The translations under genes and the position numbers were made by a program. A stretch of DNA of 64,000 nt from assembly GCA_963737655.1 (NCBI GenBank), contig CAVTTN010000002.1, positions 5,152,001 through 5,216,000 on the forward strand, given 5' to 3'. Every line of letters starts with the position of its first letter. Positions within the stretch are counted from its first letter, which is position 1. The notes beneath the pieces were generated by a model that was not told the origin of the DNA, searched no databases, and worked only from the letters and a program-made list of their open reading frames with translations. Shown here piece by piece: positions 11,226 to 22,127 of this stretch. The DNA comes from an uncultured Planctomycetota bacterium. GTDB lineage: Bacteria; Planctomycetota; Planctomycetia; Isosphaerales; Isosphaeraceae.

Positions 11226-11513
11226 GTGCCCGATTCGAACATCGCCCCGGCCGCCGCGAGCGACGAGGTCGTCGCCGTGACCCGGGCGGACGTCGCCGAG
11301 ACCGAAGTCATCCCACGATCGAAGTGGGAGGCCCGATTCGACCTGGAGCGTCAGCGAGCCGAGACCGAGCGGCTCCGCGTCCTCGTCGATTTCCTCGCCC
11401 GCCCGATCCACGCCCACGGCGGGGCCGACCCCGACCCCGACATCATCACCGCCTACAACCTCGCCGTCGAGGCCGCGCTCCAGGGCATCCGCCGGGCCGC
11501 CGTCTCGGGCTGA
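11226..11513 (+). CDS. Small hypothetical protein
   Basis: 95-aa ORF with GGAGGAG RBS, coding-like codon usage and a short coiled coil. Confidence 0.6.
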   Translation: MPDSNIAPAAASDEVVAVTRADVAETEVIPRSKWEARFDLERQRAETERLRVLVDFLARPIHAHGGADPDPDIITAYNLAVEAALQGIRRAAVSG

Positions 11514-11692
11514 TCCCTCCTCCCCCGCTTGCGATCGATCCCGCTCCCCGATCTGAACTTTCGGCCACCGACCGCTTGCGTTCGGCCGCGCCGATGCTAC
11601 GCTCGTTCCATCGCACGCCCGGGGGGACGCGACGCCCGTCGCCCCCTCGGCCGATGGCCCCCCTCGCGCCCCGACGAACGACGAACCTTGTT

Positions 11693-13228
11693 ATGCTCGC
11701 CAAGCTCTCGTCATATACCCTGGTCGGGATCGAGGCGGCGCCGGTCGAGGTCGAGGTGGACGTCTCGGCGTCCTCCAGCGCCAAGACGGTCCTCGTCGGC
11801 CTGGCCGAGACGGCCGTCCGCGAGAGCACCCACCGGGTCGAGCGGGCCCTGGTCAATTCCGGCTATCGTCGCCCGATCGACCGGATCGTGATCAACCTCG
11901 CCCCGGCCGACCTCAAGAAGGACGCCGGGGGCTTCGACCTGCCGATCGCCCTGGGGATGCTCCTGGGCAACGGCCAGATGGCCCTGGACCGACCCGGGAA
12001 CTTCGCCGTGGTGGGCGAGCTCGGGCTCGACGGCGAGACCCGGCCGATCAAGGGCGCCCTGGCGATGGCCCTGGCCGCCGCCGCCGAGAAACGGACCGGC
12101 CTGCTCGTCCCCTCGGCCAACGCCGCCGAGGCCGCCGTGGTCGAGGGGATCGACATCCTGCCCATCGGCAGCCTGGCCGAGGCCGTCGGCTTCCTCTCCG
12201 GCGGCCTGGACATCGAGCCCACCGCCATCGACCTCGAGGAGGTCTTCCGCGCCCTGAGCCACACCGAAGACGACTTCGTGGACGTCAAGGGCCAGGACTA
12301 CGCCAAGAGGGCCCTGGTGATCGCCGCATCGGGCGGTCATAACGTGCTGATGATCGGACCTCCCGGCACCGGCAAGACGCTCCTGGCCAAGAGGCTCGGG
12401 TCGATCATGCCGCCGCTCTCGCCCTCCGAGAGCCTCGAGACGACGAGGATCTACAGCGCGATGGGCCTCCTCCGCCCCGGCCAGCCGCTGATGGCCGTCC
12501 GCCCGTTCCGCTCGCCCCACCACTCCGTGAGCGACGCCGGGCTCGTCGGCGGCGGGAGCACCCCGCAACCCGGAGAAATCTCCTTATCTCACAAGGGCGT
12601 CCTCTTCCTGGATGAGTTGCCCGAGTTCAACCGCAAGACCTTGGAAGTGCTCCGGCAACCGCTCGAAGAAGGGCGGGTGACGATCAGCCGGGCCCTGCGA
12701 TCGACGACGTTCCCGGCCGATTTCATCCTGGTCGCGGCGATGAATCCCTGCCCGTGCGGCTATCGCTCCGACCCTCGCAAGGCGTGCTCGTGCTCGCCTC
12801 CCCAGGTGGAGCGCTACCTGTCGAGGATCTCCGGGCCGCTGCTGGACCGGATCGACCTCCACGTCGAGGTGCCGGCGGTCCCGTTCACCCAGCTGGCCGA
12901 GGCCCCTCCGGGGCCGACCTCCGCCGACCTCCTCGCCGAGGTCCTCCGGGCCCGGGCGAGGCAGGCCGAGCGGTTCGGCGGCAAGGGCCCGGTCGTCAAC
13001 GGCCGGATGACGCCCAGGCAGGTCCGCAAGTACTGCTCGCTGAAGCCCGAGGCCGCCAGCCTGCTCAAGGGGGCGATGGAGGAGCTCGGCCTCTCGGCCC
13101 GCGCCCACGACAAGGTCTTGCGGGTCGCCCGGACGATGGCCGACCTCGAAACCTCCGACGACATCCAGCCCCACCACGTCGCCGAGGCCGTCGGCTACCG
13201 CTCGCTCGACCGGGGCGTGTGGGCCTGA
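11693..13228 (+). CDS. comM: YifB/ComM Mg-chelatase-like AAA+ ATPase
   Basis: INLAPADLKK, FDLPIALG, GPPGTGKT, PFRSPHHS, GVLFLDELPEF, AMNPCPCG, SGPLLDRID, LSARAHDKVLRVART. Confidence 0.95.
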   Translation: MLAKLSSYTLVGIEAAPVEVEVDVSASSSAKTVLVGLAETAVRESTHRVERALVNSGYRRPIDRIVINLAPADLKKDAGGFDLPIALGMLLGNGQMALDRPGNFAVVGELGLDGETRPIKGALAMALAAAAEKRTGLLVPSANAAEAAVVEGIDILPIGSLAEAVGFLSGGLDIEPTAIDLEEVFRALSHTEDDFVDVKGQDYAKRALVIAASGGHNVLMIGPPGTGKTLLAKRLGSIMPPLSPSESLETTRIYSAMGLLRPGQPLMAVRPFRSPHHSVSDAGLVGGGSTPQPGEISLSHKGVLFLDELPEFNRKTLEVLRQPLEEGRVTISRALRSTTFPADFILVAAMNPCPCGYRSDPRKACSCSPPQVERYLSRISGPLLDRIDLHVEVPAVPFTQLAEAPPGPTSADLLAEVLRARARQAERFGGKGPVVNGRMTPRQVRKYCSLKPEAASLLKGAMEELGLSARAHDKVLRVARTMADLETSDDIQPHHVAEAVGYRSLDRGVWA

Positions 13229-13914
13229 GCCCCTGGGCCGCGGGCGGACTGTCGACGGTGTCCCAAAGCGCCCAAGAGGCCGACGGCCAGCAGGACGACG
13301 GCCGCCGGCTCGGGCACCACCCGGTACTTGAGGTCGTCCACGGCGAACTTCCAGCGGTTGGCGTCGGCCGGGGCCGTGCTGGTGATCGTCAGGCTGACGA
13401 TCCCCTTGAGCGACTTCAGGTCCTCCGTGGCGGAGGAGGCCTCCGGGAGGTTGGCGAACGTGATCGGCTTGAGCGCCTCGCCGTCGGCCGTCGTGCCCGT
13501 GATGGCGAAGCGGGTGTCGCCGAACCGCCCCCCCTGCAGGGTGCCGTTGAGGATCAGGATCGAGATCGGATCGACGGGGCTGGAGAACTCGATGGTGATC
13601 GGGCGGGCGAGGCCGTCCACGCCGTTGGTGCTGGCGTAGATGGTGGTCGCGTCGAAGTTTTCGGTGGTTGGGTCGCTGAAGGGCTTGGCCGCGTTGGTCA
13701 GCAGCTCGCCGTTGGTGAGCGTCGCGGTGATCCCGCCGGTCTGCTTGTCGATCTTGACCGTCGAGTCCTTGATCGCGTGGAAGTTCGCCGGGAAGTCCGC
13801 CTTGGTCTGCGGCTTCTCGAAGTCCACGATCCGATCGGCCGGGGCCGGCGCGGCCGCCGTCCCCAGGATCAGGGCCGCCACGGCGCCCAGGAAACCCAGC
13901 CTCTTGCCGTTCAT
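13195..13914 (-). CDS. PEP-CTERM sorting-domain protein
   Basis: Signal peptide; C-terminal VPEPAAVVLLAVGLLGALGHRR. Confidence 0.88.
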   Translation of the reverse strand: MNGKRLGFLGAVAALILGTAAAPAPADRIVDFEKPQTKADFPANFHAIKDSTVKIDKQTGGITATLTNGELLTNAAKPFSDPTTENFDATTIYASTNGVDGLARPITIEFSSPVDPISILILNGTLQGGRFGDTRFAITGTTADGEALKPITFANLPEASSATEDLKSLKGIVSLTITSTAPADANRWKFAVDDLKYRVVPEPAAVVLLAVGLLGALGHRRQSARGPGAQAHTPRSSER

Positions 13915-14164
13915 GACTCGCCTCCCCGTTTCGGTCCGGGCAAGGGCCCGGACCGTGGCATGGGCAGGAGTCTAACGTCCCGGAGGCGGGGTTGGCGATC
14001 GAAATCCACAAAAAGAGGATTTCGCGACAGAGGTGAACGCCCATGGCCAGGGCGGGGGAGCGGGGGCCGACGGGATTGCAATCGCCCCGGCCCGAAGGCT
14101 ACCCTGGGGCCGATCGGATGCGAGAGACCGAAACGGATTCCGGCCCCTCATGAGGAACCCCGCC

Positions 14165-15197
14165 ATGCCCACGGACGGCCCCGCGCAGCTTCACGCCACA
14201 AGCCCCGCCCCGACCGTCTCCGAGGGCCGCCCGGCCGTCTCGGCAACATCCACGGGACGTCGAGGCCCGACGCTCAAGAGGCGGATCAAGGACCTGAGCA
14301 AGCGAGGGCTGCGCACCCTGTTCGAGGTCGGGCAGAGGCTCGGCGTGGACGTCTTGCCTCGCCACTTCTATTCCGAGATTCCCAGCATCCGCGAGCTTCG
14401 TCGCCAGGCCGACTGGAAGGGGCCGCGGAGCCTGGTCGGGGTCCGCGGGGCCGAGTCCGACGTCCAGTTCGAGTTCCTCGAATCGTGCTGCCGGCCCGGG
14501 TTCTACGACCGGCCGAGGCGAGACGTCTGGGGCCCGGCGTGCGCCCGCAACGGCGAGCCGGGGTTCGGCGCGGTGGACGCGGAATTCCTGCTCGCGTTCG
14601 TGAAGGCCGTCCGGCCGCCGAGGATCGTCCAGGTCGGGTGCGGCGTCTCGACGGCCGTGATGCTGATGGCCGCCGAGGAGGTCCCCGGCTATCGGCCCGA
14701 GATCGTCTGCGTCGAGCCGTTCCCGACCGAATTCCTCAAAACGGCCGACCGCTCGGGAGAGATCCGCCTGGTGGCCGAGAGGGCGCAGTCGGTGGCCCTG
14801 GAGACCCTCACGGACCTCGGCCCCGGCGGGTTCCTGTTCGTCGATTCCACCCATGCGGTCCGGCCAGGGAGCGAGGTCAACCGGCTGATCCTGGAGGCCC
14901 TGCCCCGCCTCTCGCCCGGCTCGTGGGTCCATTTCCACGACATCTATTTCCCTTACGACTATCAGAGGGGCCTGCTCGACGACGAGCTGTTCTTCAGCAA
15001 CGAGACCCCCCTGCTCCACGCCTTCCTCGTCAACAACCATTCGTATGTGATCCGCGCCTCGATGAGCATGCTCCACCACGCCGACCCGATCCGCCTCCGC
15101 CGTTCCCTGCCCGAGTATCGACCGGCGAGGAGCGACCCACGGCCTGAGGACGTCCGAAGGCGACTTCCCCGGGTCGATCTACCTGGAAGTGGTGTGA
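14165..15197 (+). CDS. Class I SAM-dependent methyltransferase (Methyltransf_24-like); +1 frameshift near 15137
   Basis: HFYSEIP, IVQVGCGVST, LFVDSTH, VHFHDIYFPYDY. Removing one C restores SDHGLRTSEGDFPGSIYLEVV-stop (TGA 15195-15197). Confidence 0.85.
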
Positions 15198-15395
15198 GGA
15201 CGTCCGAATTCCGCAGGGTCCGCGATGGCCGACCATCCCTCGATTTGTGGCCGGATGGTCCGCAAGAGCGGACCCATGCGAACCGGCGCGACCGGCGGAA
15301 TCGCACAAGTCGGCACGACCGCCCGGCCGATAGGCGGGGTATGCCCGGGGCCTCGCGAGGCCGATCGGGCGACCCGGTCCGTCGGGAGAGTCGCG

Positions 15396-15896
15396 ATGAG
15401 GCACGTCCGAGCCCTTCGATTGGAAGCCCTCGAAGGAAGAGTGTTGCTCTCGACCGCCCACCCGAAGGCGGCCCATCCGGTCAAGACGCCCCTGACGCTC
15501 GTGGGCACCCTGAACGTGGACGACAAGGCCTCGCAGGCGATCGCCAACCCCGACGGCTCGACGACGACCACCGTGCCGGTCGCCGGCACGCTCGGCGCCC
15601 TGGGGAAAGTCCAGGGCGTCTGGAACGAGAACATGGACTCCTACGGAGACGCCACCGGGCCGGACGTCCTCCGGCTCCACAACGCCAGCGGGACGCTCGT
15701 CCTGTCGTTCCCCAACGTCAACCCCGGCAAGGCCCGCCCCTTCGGCCCGGGGACGGTGGCGTTTCAGCACAAGCAGAAGCTCGCCGCGGGCACCGGCGCC
15801 TATGCGAACGCCTCGGAGAGCGGGACGATCAAGGTCGTGTCCAACTCGGCGAAGACCGTCGTCAAGAGTTTGGTGCTGAGCAGCACCGGCGGTTGA
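15396..15896 (+). CDS. Small secreted protein with planctomycete LEPR-XLL-type leader
   Basis: MRHVRALRLEALEGRVLLS followed by a beta-rich body; GGGAG RBS. Confidence 0.8.
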   Translation: MRHVRALRLEALEGRVLLSTAHPKAAHPVKTPLTLVGTLNVDDKASQAIANPDGSTTTTVPVAGTLGALGKVQGVWNENMDSYGDATGPDVLRLHNASGTLVLSFPNVNPGKARPFGPGTVAFQHKQKLAAGTGAYANASESGTIKVVSNSAKTVVKSLVLSSTGG

Positions 15897-15921
15897 TCGA
15901 TCGGGAGGCCGGCGGGGTCCG

Positions 15922-16839
15922 TCATTCCCGGCGACGCCGCCGGGCGGCCAGGGTGGCCAGACCCAGGGCGGTCAGGGCCAGCGTCGAGGGTTCCGGCACG
16001 GCGTTCGGGACGAACACGAGGTACGCCGGACCGGATTGGCCCGTCGGACCGACGTTGCCCAGGTCGGTCCCCGTCGAGGAGAACGCCCGGACCTTGCCGA
16101 AGCCGAAGTCGGCCACGAGCAGGTTCCCCTGATCGTCGAAGGTCATCCCCTCGGGCGCCCCGAAGCCCAAGGCGAAGACCCCGAGGTTCATTCCCGAGGA
16201 GGAATACTCTCGCACGCGGCCGGTGCCGAACTCGGAGACGTAGAGGTTGTCCGAGGAGTCGAAGGCGAGGCCGATGGGCGAGCTCAGGCCCGAGGCGAAC
16301 GTCCCCAGCGAGGTGCCCGTCGAGGAGAACTCGACGACCGTGCCGTTGCCGAAGTTGTCGATCCGGCTGACGTAGAGGTTTCCGGAGGAATCGAATGCCA
16401 GACCCTGGGCGCTGGCGGCCCCGACGCTCGCGAACGTGCCCAGATCCGTGCCCGTCGAGGAATACTCGTGGATGGTCCCGTTGCCGCGATTGGCGACGTA
16501 AAGGTTGCCGTCCGGGCCGATGACCAGGGCCGAGGGGTTGCTCAGGCCGGTCGAGGCGAACGTCCCGAGGTCGGCGCCCGTGGCCGAGAACTCGTGGATC
16601 TCGGACGACGAGGTCACGAAAAAGTTGCCGGACGAATCTCGGGCCAGGCCCACGGGACTGCTCAGCCCCGAGGCAAACGTGGTCAAGTTCCCCGCCGAGT
16701 CGATCTTCGCGATCGTCCCGTTGCCGTTCTCGGATACGTAGAGGTCGGCCCGGGCCGTTCCGACGGCTCCGATCAGCAAGCCCACGCCCAGGACGGCCAC
16801 TCGAAGGCCGCCAAATCGATGGATCGTTCTCGAACGCAT
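15922..16839 (-). CDS. NHL-repeat beta-propeller PEP-CTERM protein
   Basis: Repeats of P.GLAFDSSGNLYVS...FSSTGTDLGTFAS; C-terminal VPEPSTLALTALGLATLAARRRRRE. Confidence 0.9.
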   Translation of the reverse strand: MRSRTIHRFGGLRVAVLGVGLLIGAVGTARADLYVSENGNGTIAKIDSAGNLTTFASGLSSPVGLARDSSGNFFVTSSSEIHEFSATGADLGTFASTGLSNPSALVIGPDGNLYVANRGNGTIHEYSSTGTDLGTFASVGAASAQGLAFDSSGNLYVSRIDNFGNGTVVEFSSTGTSLGTFASGLSSPIGLAFDSSDNLYVSEFGTGRVREYSSSGMNLGVFALGFGAPEGMTFDDQGNLLVADFGFGKVRAFSSTGTDLGNVGPTGQSGPAYLVFVPNAVPEPSTLALTALGLATLAARRRRRE

Positions 16840-17101
16840 GGTCACTGCCTCCCGGGAGACGAACGGTCCCAGAGCCATCGACTCGGCGACGTCGCCATCC
16901 ACGGCGGAGGCTTGACGGATCGATGACCCGTCAGAGGGTAAGGCATCCTTGCGCGGACCTGACCCGCATTTCTTGGAAGCCGGCATGACCGAATCCGATC
17001 GCCGCCTGGCGAGCACGGATCTCGGTGCCGAAAACGACGACGGGGGCGCCGGCCTCGATGGCCCGCGCCCCCGTCGTGGAAGTCGAGGTGGAGGTCTCGA
17101 T

Positions 17102-19391
17102 TCACTTCGCCTTGGGCCGGTCGATCCGGTAGACCTTGCCGTCGAGCCTCGACGGTCACGGGTTCCTCGAAGGTCAGGTACTGGTTCATCTCGGCCGATT
17201 GCCCCTTGGCCAGGGTGAAATAGGCGTCGCTAAACTGCTCGACGACCGTGGCCTTGGCGTCGTCCTCGGGCTTGATCGAGGAATCGACCCAGCGGTGGTC
17301 CTTCAGGTAGAACGTCTTGCGGCCGAGCTGGCGGACGTTCGCCTGGGCCGGCTCGGCAGCCGGGGCCGCGAGCGCGGGACCGGCCGGGGCCATCGCGGCG
17401 CCGGGCTTGCCCGCCTTCGCCATCGAACGACCTGCCAACGTCGATCCTCCGGCCCCGAACTTCGCATAGCCTTCGGCCGACGACGCCGGCGCGGCCGGCG
17501 CGGCGGGGAGGCCGGCGACCTTGTCGGCGTTCTGGTAGGCCCCCTTGAAGGCCCGTTGCTGGACGCCTCCGGCCCCGCTGACCTCCCCGAGCATGTGGAA
17601 GTTCTGCTGGGCCTGCTGGCCGTTCTCCCGGAAGGCGTGGAGCTGGACCCGTTCATCGGCGAGGAACGACGTGTACGGCGTCAAGATACCATACTTCGTC
17701 CCCAGGGCCACGAGCTCGTCGGTCAGCTCCTTGTTCTGGCCGTGGAGGTCGATCTGGTCGATGATGAACCCGACCCGGCGGACCGCCCAGAGCCTCTCCA
17801 CGAAGTCATACGCGCGGTTCGAGCCCGAGCCGGCGAGCTCGGTCGGGAACTCCAGCGTCTGCCTCTCGGTGCCGACTTTTCCCGAGATCTTCACCGTGGT
17901 CTTGCCCGCCGTCCGGTAGCGGCCGACCCACACGAGCTGGCCGCCTTCGAACAGGTCGGGCAAATCGCGAGGGTAGGTGCGGTTGAGGTCCGTGCCGGCC
18001 ATCTCGATCGCCAGGGCGGTCAGCACCGGGCTGCTCATCCTGGCGTAGAACCGGCCGACGTGCGCCTCGATGTCCTCGTCGGGGCGGACGTACTCGCTGG
18101 TCCCGGCGTTGCCCCCGCTCAGGCGGTCCAGGAGCCGGGCATTGACGTCGAACCCGACGCCGAAGGCGAACAGCCGCGCGTGGACGCCGTTGGCCTTCTT
18201 CGCGTCCTCGGCGATGGCGGTCTCGCGGGTCTCCCCGGCGGTGGGCAGGCCGTCGGTCAGGAACAGGACGTAATTGGGCCGCGAGTCGTCCTTCAGTTGC
18301 CCGAGGGCCGAGGTCAGGGCGGCGTCGATGTTCGTGCTCCCGCCCGGCTGGATGTTCTCGACGAACCGGACCGCCTCGGCGCGGACGTCCTTGCTGTAGC
18401 GCTGGAGCTCGGGCTTGAACGTCTCCACGCGATCGTCATAGACGACGATGTTGAACATGTCGTCGTCGCGGAGGTTATCCAGGACGAACTTCAGGGCGTT
18501 GCGGGCCTGCTCGATCTTCTTGCCGGACATCGATCCCGAGCGGTCCAGGACGAACACGACGGTCTTGGCCTGGGGCTTCACGTCCGGCCTCTTGACCTCG
18601 GGGCTGGCCAGGAGGAGGAAATAGCCGTCCTCCCCCTCGCTCGGCCGATAGCTCAGGACCGAGGCGCCGAAGGCCCCCTCGGTCAGCGTGTAAACCAGCC
18701 GGAAGTCGGTCGAGGGGATCACGTTGCGTTGCTCGATCTTGACCGTCGCCGAATGGTCGCCCGAGCGGCGGACCTCGGCGTCATAGACCGGGCTGTACAG
18801 CGACTTGATCGGGTCCTTGCTGTCGATCGAGGCCGAAAGGCTGAGCCGGGCGATCGGCTTGGCGGTGAACTTCTGGGTCGAGAACGGATAGGAGAACTCG
18901 ACGACGTCGCGGTCCCGGCGGCAGACCTGGGTGTACCTCATCGTCACCTTGCGCTCGGCCCCGGGAGGGATCGGGAAGACGCTGGTGCGATAGACGCCTC
19001 GTCCCATGTATTCCAGCAAGGCCGGGTCGCGCTTGGTGCGGACGATCTCCTCATAGATCCTTCGCGCCTCGTCCTTCGGTAGGAGCCGCCCCGGCAGCTC
19101 CCGGCCATCGACCATCAGGACGAAGTTGCCGACGGCGCCGTCTTCGGGCATGGGGAAGAGGTACTCGGCCTCGATCTCGAACGACCCGGGGTTGTGGAAG
19201 GTCTGGGAGACCTGGACCTCGGCCACCTGGTCGCGAATCCGGGCCTCGACGGCGACCTCGCGGACCTCATAAGTCCGGTTCAGCGGGACATGGTGCCGCG
19301 AATCGACGATCAGCCCCTGGGCGCGAGCCCACGAGGCCGGGGCCGCCAGCGAGGCGACCACCGCGAGGAGCAAAGAGCTTCGACGGAGCAT
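17102..19391 (-). CDS. Secreted VIT + vWA domain protein (inter-alpha-trypsin inhibitor-like); frameshift near 17148
   Basis: EAEYLFPMP, DPALLEY (VIT); VFVLDRSGSM, GGSTNI, FLTDG (MIDAS). The true end is probably LDGKVYRIDRPKAK-stop at 17102. Confidence 0.9.
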
Positions 19392-19605
19392 GGCGAGATC
19401 CTCCCTGGGCCTCGGGACGCGGGGCGGCTCGGCCCCGACCCTCTTGGACGACCCCCGAGGGCGCACGGTTCCCTCGGGATCGCCCGGGCCTCACCCACGA
19501 TCACGATCGAGACGGCCGAGCGTCCTCGAAATTCGCCGGGACGCCCCGGATTCTGGTAAGATCGAAGCCATCCGGACCAAGCCGGAGGACCGAGGAGGAC
19601 CGATC

Positions 19606-19824
19606 ATGTCCACCGAGACCCGCCCGAACCGCCTCGCCCAGGACTTCGCCCTCGAAAACGAGCTGATCCCCCGCGATTGGGCGGGGAAATGGGTCGCCTG
19701 GTCGGCCGACGGGCTGAGGATCGTGGGAGTGGGAGAGACGCTGGAAGAAGCCGAGCGGAAGGGGATCGAATCCGGCGAGCCGGGGCCGATCCTGGAACGT
19801 GCCCCGGGATTGGATCGCCGATGA
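19606..19824 (+). CDS. Small DUF5678-like protein
   Basis: WAGKWVAWSADGLRIVGVGETLEEAERKGIESGEPGPILERAP; GAGGAG RBS; stop overlaps next start (ATGA). Confidence 0.75.
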   Translation: MSTETRPNRLAQDFALENELIPRDWAGKWVAWSADGLRIVGVGETLEEAERKGIESGEPGPILERAPGLDRR

Positions 19825-20294
19825 TCTTCCCCTTCCGCCCCTTTCCGGTCCATCCGTCGCCGGCGTATCCTTCGCCGATCATCCAAAGGCCCGTCATCCC
19901 GATCTGGGCCCGCGCCCCGGGACGCTCCCGGGTGCCGTTCTTCGGGCTGCTCGACACGGGCTCCGACGACACCAAGTTCCCCATCGCCGCCGCGGATCGG
20001 CTCGGAGTCGAGCTGGATCGATCGCGGCCGATCGTCTTCCGCGGGGTCGGGGGCGTGGCCCGAGGGTACTATGGCGAGGTCATTCTGGAGCTCCGCCAGT
20101 CGCCCCGATCGTGGGTGTGGTCGGCCCAGGTCGCCTTCCTGGCCGATCCGGAAGGCTCGGACGACGAGGGGATCATCGTCACCCTCGGCCACGCCGGCTT
20201 CTTCCGCTACTTCCACGCGGCTTTCGACTACCAAAGAGGCCGGGCCCGCCTCCGACCCAACGGCCTGTTCGTCGGCCTCGATCCCTCTGAATAA
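19821..20294 (+). CDS. Retropepsin-like aspartyl protease
   Basis: RPVIPI, GLLDTGSDDTKFP (catalytic DTG), RGVGG flap, TLGHAGFFRYF. Confidence 0.85.
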   Translation: MIFPFRPFPVHPSPAYPSPIIQRPVIPIWARAPGRSRVPFFGLLDTGSDDTKFPIAAADRLGVELDRSRPIVFRGVGGVARGYYGEVILELRQSPRSWVWSAQVAFLADPEGSDDEGIIVTLGHAGFFRYFHAAFDYQRGRARLRPNGLFVGLDPSE

Positions 20295-20380
20295 ATTCGG
20301 AGTGCCGACGAATGACCAGGGGCGGGTGGCTGTCGCCGGCCCGAGAGGGTCGGCATCGCGTCGTCAGAGGGGGCGTGGTC

Positions 20381-20815
20381 ATGGCCGGAAAGAGGTTCCG
20401 CGTTCGGATCTGGATGTTCCTGCTGGTCGTGGCGGTCCCGGCCCTGTTGATCGAAGGATCGGGGATGGGCCGGCGTTGGCGGGGGTATCGGCGAGAAGTC
20501 GAGGAATCCGCCGTGACGGTCCAGTCCAGCGCGAACCTCGCCCGCGAGTTCACCGAAAAGGCGGCCGAGTTCCGCCTCTGGGCCGCGAAGGAGGACGATC
20601 CGGCCCGAGCGAAGGGTTGGATCGACCGGGCCGAGGAGGCCGAGGACCAGGCCGAGGAGTGGGCCGGACTGTCCCGGTACTTCGAGCGTCGCAAGGCGCA
20701 TTTCGAGGACGCCGCCCGTCGTCCGTGGTCGGCCGCCGGCCCCACACCCATCTTCATGGCCAGTCCCTCCCCCCGGGCGGTCGCGAGGAAGAAGGCGCAG
20801 GCGTCGGGCCGATAG
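20381..20815 (+). CDS. Hypothetical membrane-anchored helical protein (resembles an expanded Isosphaeraceae family)
   Basis: RFRVRIWMFLLVVAVPALL N-terminal anchor; YFERRKAHFEDAARRPW..GPTP C-terminus. Confidence 0.7.
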   Translation: MAGKRFRVRIWMFLLVVAVPALLIEGSGMGRRWRGYRREVEESAVTVQSSANLAREFTEKAAEFRLWAAKEDDPARAKGWIDRAEEAEDQAEEWAGLSRYFERRKAHFEDAARRPWSAAGPTPIFMASPSPRAVARKKAQASGR

Positions 20816-20918
20816 GACGGCCGCCCTCCTCCTTGCGGACCGAGCCGGTCCGCTCTAAAGTGGGGTTCCCCCGATCGCTACCGCCAAGGGAACCGCGACG
20901 ACCGAGGACCCCCGGGAG

Positions 20919-21994
20919 ATGCCCCCTGCCCCGCGATCGCTCCTGACCGGCGCCTCGGGCCTGCTCGGCAGCCACCTCGCCGATCGCCTGGTCGGCCGGG
21001 GCGAGACGGTCCGGGCCCTGGTGCGTCCCGGCTCCGACACCCGGTTCCTCGACTCGCTGGGCGTCGAGCTCGTCGTCGGCGACCTGGCCGACCCGGCCTC
21101 GTGCGACGAGGCCACCCGAGGGGTGTCGGTCGTCTACCACGCCGCCGCGAAGGTGGGCGACTGGGGGCGATGGGCCGAATTCCAGGTCGGATGCCTCGAC
21201 GCCACGAGCCATCTCGCCCGCGCCTCGATCGCCAACGGCGTGGGCCGGTTCGTCCACATCTCCTCGACGAGCGCCTACGGCCATCCTCGCGAGGGCGGGC
21301 CCCCGGTCGAGGAATCCGCCCCCCTGGGCCAGAACCTCTGGTGGGCCTGGGACTACTACACCCGGAGCAAGGTCGAGTGTGAGCGAATCCTCTGGCGGAT
21401 GGCCGACCGCGACGGCCTGAAGCTCACCGTGATCCGCCCGAGCTGGCTCTACGGCGAGCGCGACCGCACCACCGCCCGCCGCCTGATCGAGCGAATCCGC
21501 CGCGGGGGCGTGCCGTTGATCGGTCCCGGGCACAACCCGCTGAGCGCCGTCTACGCCGGGGAGGTCGCCGACGCCGCGATCCTCGCCGCCGATGACCCGC
21601 TCTCCGAGGGCGAGGCGTACAACATCACCGACCAGGGGCCGATCACGCAAAAAGAGTTCCTCGCGCTCTGGGCCGAGGCGTGCGGAGGCCCGCCGATCCG
21701 CCAGAGGAGGCGGTATCGGATGGTCTTCGCCGGCGCCTTCGTCCTGGAGGCGATCGGCCGGGCGACCCGCCGCGAGCGCCCCCTCTGATCACCCGCTACG
21801 CGACGTGGTTAATGGGCCGGGACCTCGCGTATTCGACCGCCAAGGCCCGGCGGAAGCTCGGATGGTCGCCGTCGATGACCTATCGAGACAGCATCGAGCG
21901 GACCGTTCGCTGGTACCTCGACCGCGAGGGTTCGGCCCCCGTCCCGGCCGGAAAATCCGTCCCGGTCGGCCCCGGGGCGTCGAATTCGGGATGA
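20919..21994 (+). CDS. NAD-dependent epimerase/dehydratase (3-beta-HSD-like extended SDR); frameshift near 21783
   Basis: TGASGLLGS, VYHAAA, YTRSK (YxxxK), RPSWLYG. Continues as PLITRYATWLMGRDLAYSTAKARRKLGWSP in the 21680 frame. Confidence 0.9.
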
Positions 21995-22127
21995 CCCGGG
22001 CTTGCGACCCGGCAAGCTCTCCCTCAGGATAGGATTGTGCCGATCGGGCGGACAATGTCGCGCCGACGGCCCGACCCAATCCTCTCCCCGCCCGCCTGCC
22101 CCGCCCCACCACTTCGAGAGGCCCCTG

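Noticed and set aside
14033..16132. 699-aa methyltransferase fusion
   Set aside because: Artefact of the frameshift near 15137; the gene ends at 15197.
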